Shown: piece by piece, positions 1 through 7,751 of the stretch
How positions within the stretch are numbered: the stretch's first letter is position 1
How the letters are laid out: each line of letters starts with the position of its first letter
Assembly (NCBI GenBank): GCA_964566495.1
Contig: CAZMIT010000002.1
Coordinates: 1-48,000, forward strand
Direction: 5' to 3'
Length of the DNA stretch: 48,000 nt
Origin: an uncultured bacterium
Lineage (GTDB): Bacteria > T1Sed10-126
The notes under the pieces: generated by a model
Told to the model about the DNA's origin: nothing
The model's input: the letters and a program-made list of their open reading frames with translations, nothing else
Database searches by the model: none
Translations under genes and position numbers: made by a program

Positions 1-200
1 ACTTTACTCAGTGCTTCAGCTAAAAAGTCCGCCTGTTTCTGGTTGTTGCCTTCAAGACAGACGACGTCGCCAGGCTTGATAGCAGTTTCCAGCAGCTCAA
101 CTGTTTGCTCTGGCTTGACGAAAAGTTCAGTGTCAAGCTGACGGGCAACAGCTTCGCGTCGAGATCTGTAGTCGGAAAGCAACTTATCGTGAGAACTCAT
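1..200 (-). CDS. 5' part of an MdcA-like (malonate decarboxylase alpha subunit / acyl-transferase family) gene that runs off the left edge
   Basis: Own minus-strand translation from ATG at 198-200 (GGAGGG 6 nt upstream): MSSHDKLLSDYRSRREAVARQLDTELFVKPEQTVELLETAIKPGDVVCLEGNNQKQADFLAEALSK... The LEGNNQKQADFL block matches my memory of MdcA N-termini. Absent from the ORF track because the window edge truncates it. Confidence 0.45.
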   Translation of the reverse strand, partial: MSSHDKLLSDYRSRREAVARQLDTELFVKPEQTVELLETAIKPGDVVCLEGNNQKQADFLAEALSK

Positions 201-221
201 ATTTTTCCCTCCGGTTGGGTT

Positions 222-1070
222 TCACAGTTCGGTCAGGTAATCCTGGTAGCTTTCAACATTGCGGTCCTTGAGGTGATCAAACAGGACGGGGTAGTTGGAT
301 TCAATACCCTCGTGTTCATCAAGTGGTTTGAGCGTTGCGGAAATTATCTCTTCGCCGGCCCGGGCCAGGTGAAGACGTCTTCCCGCCGGAGAAACTATCA
401 TACTGTGGCCAAAAAATTTAGTGCCGGCACCATCCTCGCCAATTGCGTTTACGCCGAGGAAGTAGACGTCATTTTCATAAGCTCGCATCCGATTGCTCAT
501 ATCCCAGATTTCAAAACTGCGCAGCAGGGCAGCGGGACGAACAATTATTTCAGCACCTTTTAAAGCCAAAATTCGAGAAAGTTCGGGGAAGTCACCGTCG
601 TAGCAGATGATGATCCCTATTTTGCCGAGCTTTGTCTCAAAAACGGGAATTTTTTCTCCGGCGCTCGACCAGCCTTTGTTTTCAACCCGCTCGGTCGGGA
701 AAAGGTGGGTCTTGCGGTAGCGGCCTTCTATCTCGCCGCCCGGTCCGCAGAGGAAGGCGCTGTTGTAAACAATACTATTCTCCTCCCCGGGCTCATACGA
801 TGTGACAACCGCGTAGCTATTAGTTTCGCGAGTTGCTTCAAGTACAGGGGCCAGTCCCTCTTCCATAGACGAGGGGAGGGCTTCGTGGAGCTCTGGTGGT
901 TTGGCGCCCGGGGTAAAGCCGGTTGTTATGGATTCGGGGAAGACGACAAGCTGAGCGTTAAAACGGTCGTTGGCGCGGCGCTGGTAACGGGCAACCTTCC
1001 GGATATTCTCTGAAAAATTATCCGGTTCTTCAATAGCAATTTGCGCTGCCGCAGCAACAAATTCTTGCAT
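222..1070 (-). CDS. carbon-nitrogen hydrolase (nitrilase superfamily amidohydrolase)
   Basis: 282-aa ORF with the Glu-Lys-Cys triad contexts of the nitrilase superfamily (LVVFPES, YRKTHLFP, IIICYDGDFPE). GAGGT RBS before the ATG at 1070. Confidence 0.85.
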   Translation of the reverse strand: MQEFVAAAAQIAIEEPDNFSENIRKVARYQRRANDRFNAQLVVFPESITTGFTPGAKPPELHEALPSSMEEGLAPVLEATRETNSYAVVTSYEPGEENSIVYNSAFLCGPGGEIEGRYRKTHLFPTERVENKGWSSAGEKIPVFETKLGKIGIIICYDGDFPELSRILALKGAEIIVRPAALLRSFEIWDMSNRMRAYENDVYFLGVNAIGEDGAGTKFFGHSMIVSPAGRRLHLARAGEEIISATLKPLDEHEGIESNYPVLFDHLKDRNVESYQDYLTEL

Positions 1071-1138
1071 GAATATTACCTCGCAATCATTAAAGAGTAT
1101 TTGTTTTACTTTTACTATTGATCAGATAGACTTTAGCC

Positions 1139-1179
1139 CGAATTATGCACAAAGAGTTGCGATCTTTGAGCATAATTCG
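1139..1179. other. 41-nt hairpin / inverted repeat
   Basis: CGAATTATGC-A-CAAAGA [GTTGCGA] TCTTTG-A-GCATAATTCG: 16 bp with one A/A mismatch. Lies 69 nt from the CN-hydrolase start codon. Confidence 0.6.
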
Positions 1180-1330
1180 TCCAGAGGACAGCCCTCAGGG
1201 CGCTGAGGGCTGGGCTAACCCAGCTGTCAAACTAATAGAATTATTGCCATAAAAACACTCTGTAAATCTAAACATTTTATTAGAACTTGATTTATTTGGC
1301 GATTTAAGTTTGACGGCTGCCTCGTAGAGG

Positions 1331-1369
1331 CGCTTAATGCAAGAAAATTAAATTTTCATGCATTAAGCG
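1331..1369. promoter_or_regulatory. 39-bp near-perfect palindrome (candidate operator) in a divergent intergenic region
   Basis: CGCTTAATGCAAGAAAATTAAATTTTCATGCATTAAGCG: 18 of 19 symmetric positions pair, centre at 1350, single A/A mismatch at 1342/1358. Confidence 0.5.
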
Positions 1370-1515
1370 GGTTAGGATAGGATTATAAACAATTATGAGG
1401 TGACGGTAAAGTTCCACTTCCTTTTACCAGAGTCCAAAAAGCTGATAAGATTATGAGCAGGTTAGAGAGCCACCGGGGGAGAACCGTTAGGTTAATTTGG
1501 AGGAGAGTGATCTAT

Positions 1516-2433
1516 ATGCCTACTTTGACGGGCGAGGATGACATTCAATTGGTGTCAGTAATTATTTTGACCCGAAACCGCCGGGAACAGTTGAAAGAGT
1601 GTCTTAATTCAATTAAGAGACAGAATTTCCCGGGTGTAGAGGTCATAGTTGTGGACAATGCGAGTGACGATGACACGGCTCTGATGGTCAAGGAAAATTT
1701 TTCTGACGTCAAGCTTATAAGATTAGATAAAAATCATGGGGTTGGTGGGAGAAACATCGGTGCGGAAGAAGCGGAGGGGGAGTTAATAATATCACTTGAC
1801 GACGACAGTAAATTAATTCAGACAAATACGATCAGCAGGATTGTTGAAAAATTCCGTAAGAATTCGGATTTAGGGGCGGCCGGGTTTCGAGTAATTAATG
1901 CTGAAGGAGAAGAAGACGAGTGGTTTAGTTGGGAGAAGGTGGGGAATGAGAAAGAGGGCTATTTAAGCCCGACATTTCGGACCTGCGCTGCGGCTATTCG
2001 GCCGGAAATGTTCGAACGAACAGGTGGTTTTTGGGAGCGTTACTTTATTTATGTTGAGGAGCGAGATTTTGCGACGCGGATATTAAACTCCGGAGCTGAG
2101 GTAAGATACTTTCCGTTGATCACTATTCAGCACCGGCGGGCCAATCGAAATCGCGAGACGAGCCGTCTGTTTTATTACGTTACCAGGAATACAACCTGGT
2201 ATTTCTGGCGCAATTTCAGCATACCGCGAGCGCTTGGCAGAACCCTCTTTTTCTGGACAAAGCAATTTTTTAAGTCATTTTTCAAGCGAAAAGGTTTAAA
2301 GTTTTATCTGCAAGCACTTATTCATGCCGGAGAAGGTATGGGAGAGGCCCTGGAGACGCGCAAACCGGTTAAAGGCAAATATATGTCTCTTGTCGATGGA
2401 AACTTTGGAAGTCCGGAAGATCAGCCCGGTTAA
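1516..2433 (+). CDS. family 2 glycosyltransferase
   Basis: ORF 1453-2433. I prefer ATG 1516, with GGAGGAG about 12 nt upstream. GT-A signatures: VSVIILTRNR, VVDNASDDDT, SLDDDS (DxD). Confidence 0.85.
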   Translation: MPTLTGEDDIQLVSVIILTRNRREQLKECLNSIKRQNFPGVEVIVVDNASDDDTALMVKENFSDVKLIRLDKNHGVGGRNIGAEEAEGELIISLDDDSKLIQTNTISRIVEKFRKNSDLGAAGFRVINAEGEEDEWFSWEKVGNEKEGYLSPTFRTCAAAIRPEMFERTGGFWERYFIYVEERDFATRILNSGAEVRYFPLITIQHRRANRNRETSRLFYYVTRNTTWYFWRNFSIPRALGRTLFFWTKQFFKSFFKRKGLKFYLQALIHAGEGMGEALETRKPVKGKYMSLVDGNFGSPEDQPG

Positions 2434-2469
2434 TTATCCGGCGTAACTGTTTAGCGTCACCGGTTAGAA

Positions 2470-2546
2470 TTCAAGATAGATTCCGGCTCAGGGGCCGGAA
2501 TGACGTCACATTCAAGATTGATTCCGGTTCCCTTGTCCGGGATGAC
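2470..2546 (-). repeat. two tandem copies of the GTCAT-hairpin-ATCCA intergenic module (minus orientation)
   Basis: Reverse complements read GTCATTCCGGCCCCTGAGCCGGAATCTATCTTGAA (2470-2504) and GTCATCCCGGACAAGGGAACCGGAATCAATCTTGAA (2511-2546). Confidence 0.85.
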
Positions 2547-2625
2547 GGGACACGGGATATTTTGTCTGGACCAGGCCAAACAGGTAGCATCCGGCTTAAT
2601 CGAACAATTTCGATAATTATAAGGA

Positions 2626-2751
2626 GAGTCCACTCCAAAAAGTCTACCCTCCCCTGGAGGGAGGGGATTAAGGGGCGGGGGATGGCTCTGAATCGCTAAT
2701 CCCCCCTTTGTGTGTCCCCCCTGCAAGGGGGGAAAGTTTTGGAGTGGACTC
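2626..2751. mobile_element. 126-bp MITE-like element: perfect 15-bp terminal inverted repeats flanked by a 7-bp direct duplication
   Basis: GAGTCCACTCCAAAA (2626-2640) is the exact reverse complement of TTTTGGAGTGGACTC (2737-2751). ATAAGGA occurs immediately outside both ends (2619-2625 and 2752-2758). The interior consists of C-run/G-run hairpins. Confidence 0.65.
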
Positions 2752-2765
2752 ATAAGGAGAAACTA

Positions 2766-5369
2766 ATGGATATAATTGTTGGGCATCAGAATCTTGATTT
2801 TGACTGTGTAGGTTCAATGGTGGCGGCAAAGAAGCTACATCCCGACGCAAAGATATATTTGCAGCCAACGGCGGAGGGGGGTGTGCTGGAGTTTTTAAAT
2901 TTATACCGGGATCATTTTTCCTTTTTTCGCTACTCAGAGTACAGGGACCAGAAAATTGGTGAGATAATTGTGGTGGATACCAATAAAGGAGAGCGTCTTG
3001 GTCCTTATGAAAAACTTCTGGAACAAGCCGAGCGGGTTGTTTTATACGACCATCATCCTCCCGACCAGGGAGACATTGTTGCCGATGAAACTATTGTGGG
3101 GGAAGCGGGGTCGTTAATTTCTTTGATGGTGCAGAAGCTCCGGGACAAAAATCTGGGGATAACCTCATTTGAAGCGACGCTCTTCATGATTGGTTTGCAC
3201 CAGGAGACGGGGAACCTGCAGTTTGGCACCGCCACACCGTCTGATTACCGGGCCGGGGAGTTTTTACTCGAAGCGGGGGCCGATCTGGACCTGGTGCAGA
3301 ATTTTTGCAACCGTCCCCTCAGTTCTGAGCAGAAGGAGTTACTGAACGAAGTTCTGGCCAAGAGTGAAAAAATAACGATAAACAACGTGCCAGTAATAAT
3401 ATCGACTGCTGAGCGGGACCGCTATATTCCCGAAGTGGCTTTGATCGCGCACAAACTGCGTGACATGGAGAACGCAAACCTGCTGATTTTATTGGTAAGG
3501 ATGAACCAGCGGATTCAGATGGTGGTGCGTAACCGCTATCAGCACGTCGACGGTGGCGCCATCGCCAGGCAGTTCGGAGGTGGCGGTCATAAACGGGCGG
3601 CCTCAGCCACGCTTGCCGGAGTGACACTGCCGGAAGCTCGAGACGCATTAATTAGATTCCTGGAGGAACGGCTCAAACCAGAGCTGACCGCTGCCGAGGT
3701 TATGACCACCCCGGCCCACTCAATAAAGGAGGAATTAGAGGTGGAAAAAGCACACCAGATAATGCTTGAGCTGGGCCATGGTGGTCTGCCGATTACTGAC
3801 GGGGAGGATAAGCTCTGTGGGATTATTACCCGCAGCGATGTTGACAAGGCGGTTGAACACGATTTGACCCATGCCCCGGTAAAAGGCTTTATGACGCCGG
3901 AAGTAGCAACAATTTCTCCTGACACGGGTCTACAACAAATCCAGGACATTATGACTGAAAAACAGGTTGGCCGTCTGCCGGTGACAGAAGACGGTCGATT
4001 AGTTGGTATAGTTACAAGAACTGACGTAGTTCGGATTCTGCACGAACGTTACAGCCCCGCGCGAGTCAAGGAGGCGGCGCCCCCTTACTCCCGCCAGCCG
4101 GAACCGGACAACGTAAAGAGGTTACTAAAAGAAGTGATTTCTGAGGAACAATTCAAGGTGCTTAAAGAGTGGGGGAGAGTGGCGGAGGAAACCGGGGAAA
4201 AGCTATATCTTGTCGGGGGGAGTGTCCGAGATATTTTGTTAGAGATTCAGCCGGGCGAATTAGATCTGGTAGTGGAGCAGGACGCAATAAGTTTCGCCAA
4301 AGAAATCTGTCGGCGCTATGATTACGATTACAACACTCACGAAAAGTTTAGAACTGCCCGGATCTATATGCCAGAAAGTGAAAATATAGACCTGGCCACC
4401 GCTCGTTCCGAGTATTACTCGCACCCGGCGGCTCTACCCAGGGTTAATATTGATCAGGCTTCAGTGCAGCAGGACTTACGCCGCCGCGATTTCACAATCA
4501 ACAGCATGGCCGTAAGTGTCAGCCCGGACGATTTTGGCGAGCTGCTTGATATTTTTGGTGGGCGCCAGGACCTGGAGGAGGGCCTGGTAAAAATAATTTA
4601 TCCGATGAGTTTTCTAGACGATCCGATAAGAATATTTCGCGCCTTCCGATTCGCCGCCCGGTTTGATTTTAAATTACATAGAGGAACCCGTTTCCAACTG
4701 GCACAGGCGCTGAAAGGTCAGCCCTTCGCTAAAGTAAGTGGCGATCGGATACGTGACGAGCTTGACCGGGTTTTTCTGGAACCATCGCCTCTGCAAGTAG
4801 TCAAGCGTCTTTTTGAACGGAAGGTATTCCCAACTTTTATGCCAGAATTTGAGTGGCGAGATGAGATGGAAACATGGTTTGAACAAGCCGACAATTTGCT
4901 GGCCAAGGAGGAGGTAAAACGGCCGGAGATGGTTTACTATTGCTTACTTTTGCGCCCGTTTACTCCAGAAAAGATCGAACAGTTGTCAGAACGATTGATG
5001 TTTAATCAGCGCCGCTGTCGTATAGTTAACAAATACAAGAGTTTTGAAGAGATTCGGGGGGAGGTTGAGTTTGCAAGCCAGCCATCGAGGTTGTATAATT
5101 TGCTGAATTTTATTCGTGAACCAGAAGTTTTTGTGGCACTGCTGGCCAGTGAAAATGACAACATCCGGGAAAAGATTAAGACATATCGCGAGGAAATAGC
5201 ACCGGTTTCACGTATTGTTGACGGAGAGGATTTAAAAGAATGGGGGGTTGAACCCGGTCCGATCATGGGGGAAATTCTGGAGGATATATTTGCTTATCAG
5301 CTTGATACCGGCGTTGCGGACAAAGGTGAGTTGAAAGAATACTTTGAAAGGGAATACGATTTTGACTGA
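2766..5369 (+). CDS. DHH/DHHA1 phosphoesterase - tandem CBS - tRNA nucleotidyltransferase (CCA-adding / polyA polymerase family) fusion protein
   Basis: ORF 2712-5369. I prefer ATG 2766, with AAGGAG 6 nt upstream, because the upstream extension lies inside a repeat. Motifs: DFDCVGS and LYDHHPP (DHH), FGGGGHKRAAS (DHHA1), two CBS-like segments (GGLPITDGEDKLCGIITRSD, GRLPVTEDGRLVGIVTRTD), nucleotidyltransferase head (YLVGGSVRDILL, ELDLVVE, RRRDFTINSMA). Confidence 0.85.
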   Translation: MDIIVGHQNLDFDCVGSMVAAKKLHPDAKIYLQPTAEGGVLEFLNLYRDHFSFFRYSEYRDQKIGEIIVVDTNKGERLGPYEKLLEQAERVVLYDHHPPDQGDIVADETIVGEAGSLISLMVQKLRDKNLGITSFEATLFMIGLHQETGNLQFGTATPSDYRAGEFLLEAGADLDLVQNFCNRPLSSEQKELLNEVLAKSEKITINNVPVIISTAERDRYIPEVALIAHKLRDMENANLLILLVRMNQRIQMVVRNRYQHVDGGAIARQFGGGGHKRAASATLAGVTLPEARDALIRFLEERLKPELTAAEVMTTPAHSIKEELEVEKAHQIMLELGHGGLPITDGEDKLCGIITRSDVDKAVEHDLTHAPVKGFMTPEVATISPDTGLQQIQDIMTEKQVGRLPVTEDGRLVGIVTRTDVVRILHERYSPARVKEAAPPYSRQPEPDNVKRLLKEVISEEQFKVLKEWGRVAEETGEKLYLVGGSVRDILLEIQPGELDLVVEQDAISFAKEICRRYDYDYNTHEKFRTARIYMPESENIDLATARSEYYSHPAALPRVNIDQASVQQDLRRRDFTINSMAVSVSPDDFGELLDIFGGRQDLEEGLVKIIYPMSFLDDPIRIFRAFRFAARFDFKLHRGTRFQLAQALKGQPFAKVSGDRIRDELDRVFLEPSPLQVVKRLFERKVFPTFMPEFEWRDEMETWFEQADNLLAKEEVKRPEMVYYCLLLRPFTPEKIEQLSERLMFNQRRCRIVNKYKSFEEIRGEVEFASQPSRLYNLLNFIREPEVFVALLASENDNIREKIKTYREEIAPVSRIVDGEDLKEWGVEPGPIMGEILEDIFAYQLDTGVADKGELKEYFEREYDFD

Positions 5370-6091
5370 TGGAGCTTGATTACGAGGTATTTGACGAGCA
5401 TTACCAGGGGCCGCTGGAGGGACTGCTGGAGGTAGCCCGCAGCCATGACGTGCCGATCAGCGAGATAAAACTGGCTCGCCTGGTTGAGGATTTTATGAAT
5501 TATCTTGAAAACAGTAGCGCCTGGAGTGTGGGCGAGGCTTCCTCCATTCTGCTGCTCTTCTCGGAATTGTTGCGGATAAAGACCCGGGACCTTTTGCCGG
5601 GCAGTGAAGAGGAACCGGCCAAAGAGGAGGAGGATGAGTTACCCGATGAAAAACGGGAATTCTTCCTTCAGGTGGGGGAGACGCTCAGGGAAAAGGCAAA
5701 AGAAAGAGCGCGGCTTTACGATACACGTCCTGATTTGCCTGAATTTGTAAGTTCCGGCGAGACGGTTTATAAAGAGGTAACGTTATTCGAGTTAATTAAG
5801 GCCTTTCAAAATATTGTTGTCACTCAGCGTGACCAGCGGGAAATGCCGCATTTAAAATTTTCTGACGACTATGATACTGAAGAACAGATGGAGAGTATAA
5901 AAAGTAGAGTACAGCCTGGTAATCCGGTTGCTTTTGAGGAATTACTTAGTTCCAGTCCCGTTCGGGAGGAGATAGTGGTAACCTTTGTGGCGCTTTTACA
6001 GCTGGTAAAACAGGCCGAGCTGAGGATTGTGAAACAGGTCGACACGGAGGAAATTTTTGTGGTTGCCCCGGGCAAAGCAAATGCTGGTTAA
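5369..6091 (+). CDS. scpA: segregation and condensation protein A
   Basis: 240 aa with the N-terminal YQGPLEGLLEVA motif typical of ScpA. TGATG stop/start overlap with the upstream gene; immediately followed by scpB. Confidence 0.8.
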   Translation: MELDYEVFDEHYQGPLEGLLEVARSHDVPISEIKLARLVEDFMNYLENSSAWSVGEASSILLLFSELLRIKTRDLLPGSEEEPAKEEEDELPDEKREFFLQVGETLREKAKERARLYDTRPDLPEFVSSGETVYKEVTLFELIKAFQNIVVTQRDQREMPHLKFSDDYDTEEQMESIKSRVQPGNPVAFEELLSSSPVREEIVVTFVALLQLVKQAELRIVKQVDTEEIFVVAPGKANAG

Positions 6092-6115
6092 CTCAATAGC
6101 ATGAGGGAGTAAGTG

Positions 6116-6673
6116 ATGGAAACAGAGGACGATGAATTAAATCTAAAGCCCCTGGTTGAGGCGGCACTTTTTGTCTCTGAAGAACCGCTAAAAGGGGCTG
6201 ACTTAAGTGATATCCTGCCGGTGAACGGTGGTAAAATACGCCAGGTTATGCTTGAATTAAGGGACGAGTATCAAAAAGAAGAGCGTGGTATGCAGTTGCT
6301 TGAAATTTCGGGGGGGTTCAAAATGACCACCAGGGAGGAGCACTACACGTTCCTGGAGAAGCTCTTCGGCCGGCAAACCCGGGCCCGTTTATCGGACTCT
6401 GCTATTGAAACCCTGGTCATAGTAGCCTATTATCAACCAGTTACCCGAGCCGAAGTGGAGTCGCTTCGGGGGGTTAACTCTCAGTCGGTGTTGAATACTT
6501 TGCTGGAGAAGGAGTTTATAAAAATCAAGGGGCGTCGGGACGAAATTGGCCGACCGATGGAGTATTCAACCACCCAGAAATTTCTTGATTATTTCGGGCT
6601 GGGTAGTTTAAAAGATCTGCCCGATGAGGACGAAGTAGAAACACTGCGTAGCCGGGAGGAACAACATGAGTGA
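6116..6673 (+). CDS. scpB: segregation and condensation protein B
   Basis: ORF from GTG 6113; ATG 6116 is better spaced from the GGGAG RBS. ScpB-like blocks: LVEAALFVSEEPL, ETLVIVAYYQPVTRAEVESLRGV, GRPMEYSTTQKFLDYFGL. Confidence 0.88.
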   Translation: METEDDELNLKPLVEAALFVSEEPLKGADLSDILPVNGGKIRQVMLELRDEYQKEERGMQLLEISGGFKMTTREEHYTFLEKLFGRQTRARLSDSAIETLVIVAYYQPVTRAEVESLRGVNSQSVLNTLLEKEFIKIKGRRDEIGRPMEYSTTQKFLDYFGLGSLKDLPDEDEVETLRSREEQHE

Positions 6674-7751
6674 AAAACTGGATGATTTTCGCCGCCAAAT
6701 AGATAAAATAGACAGGCAAATGGTTGAGCTTTTACACAAACGTGCTCGCATTGCCGGAGAGGTCGGTAAGATAAAAAAGAAGCGTGACCTCCGTCTCTAT
6801 GTACCCGAGCGGGAAAAAGAAGTAGTTGAACGAGTATTGGAATTAAACCGTGGTAGATTTCCGGAAGCCTCAATGCGTCGGATATACAACGAAATAACCT
6901 CGGCCTGTCTGAATCTTGAGAAACCCCTTCAAGTGGCCTACCTGGGACCGGAGGCCACCTTCACTCACTCTGCAGCCATGGAGCGTTTTGGAGCAGCAAG
7001 CAGTTACAAATCTCGGGAAAGCGTTGATGAAGTTTTTGACGTTGTCAGTCGCGGGGAAGTAGATTTTGGGGTGGTCCCAATTGAAAACAGTCAAGAAGGG
7101 GCGGTCCGACATACGCTCGACCGTTTTTTGGAGTCCAATCTCTACATCTGTAGTGAAAGCTACCTGGCGATTGATCTCTGCCTGCTCGGGCAGATGGAAA
7201 ATTTAAAAGAAGTAGAGCTTCTCTGTTCGCACAGGCAGGCCTTTGCCCAGTCACGACAGTGGATAGAGAAAAATCTATCTCATGTTGAAATCCGCGAGGT
7301 AAATAGCACCGCCAGGGCGGCGGAAATGGCCTCACAGGAACCGGGGACGGCGGCTGTCGCCAGTCCGGTGGCAGCGGAAATATACAACCTCGGGATTCTT
7401 GCTCAAAAAATTGAAGACAGCCTCGACAACTATACCCGCTTTTTAGTGCTCGGCCGGGAGATACCGTCGCCGACCGAAGATGATAAGACGACGATAGCAT
7501 TCTCAGTCAAAGACCGTGTTGGAGCCCTCTACGACACGCTTGAACCGTTTGGAAAGATGGACGTGAACATGACTAAGATAGAATCAAGGCCGGCTAAAAG
7601 CAAAACCTGGGACTATATCTTTTTTGTTGATTTTCTTGGACACCAGGAAGAGGATAAAATAAAGCAATTGTTAGGTGAGTTAAAATCTCAGACACCATTT
7701 TTTAAAATACTTGGTTCTTATCCAAGGGAGGAACCTTTTGATGACAGATAA
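6666..7751 (+). CDS. pheA: bifunctional chorismate mutase / prephenate dehydratase (P-protein)
   Basis: N-terminal chorismate mutase helix (LDDFRRQIDKIDRQMVELLHKRARIA), PDT domain (VAYLGPEATFTHSAA), C-terminal ACT domain with TKIESRPAK. Overlaps the scpB stop. Confidence 0.9.
   Translation: MSEKLDDFRRQIDKIDRQMVELLHKRARIAGEVGKIKKKRDLRLYVPEREKEVVERVLELNRGRFPEASMRRIYNEITSACLNLEKPLQVAYLGPEATFTHSAAMERFGAASSYKSRESVDEVFDVVSRGEVDFGVVPIENSQEGAVRHTLDRFLESNLYICSESYLAIDLCLLGQMENLKEVELLCSHRQAFAQSRQWIEKNLSHVEIREVNSTARAAEMASQEPGTAAVASPVAAEIYNLGILAQKIEDSLDNYTRFLVLGREIPSPTEDDKTTIAFSVKDRVGALYDTLEPFGKMDVNMTKIESRPAKSKTWDYIFFVDFLGHQEEDKIKQLLGELKSQTPFFKILGSYPREEPFDDR

Noticed and set aside
2712-2765. ORF-track start of the 885-aa protein at 2712 (MSPLQGGKVLEWTHKEKL...)
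   Set aside because: These codons lie inside the C-run/G-run hairpin and right TIR of the repeat element. SPLQGG-type peptides are the translation of the repeat. ATG 2766 has a proper AAGGAG RBS and begins the DHH domain.
2457-2868. Minus-strand ORFs 2457-2753 (98 aa) and 2668-2868 (66 aa)
   Set aside because: They are composed of translated hairpin repeats (PPLQGG, GGISDSEP), have no RBS, and overlap the accepted plus-strand gene start.
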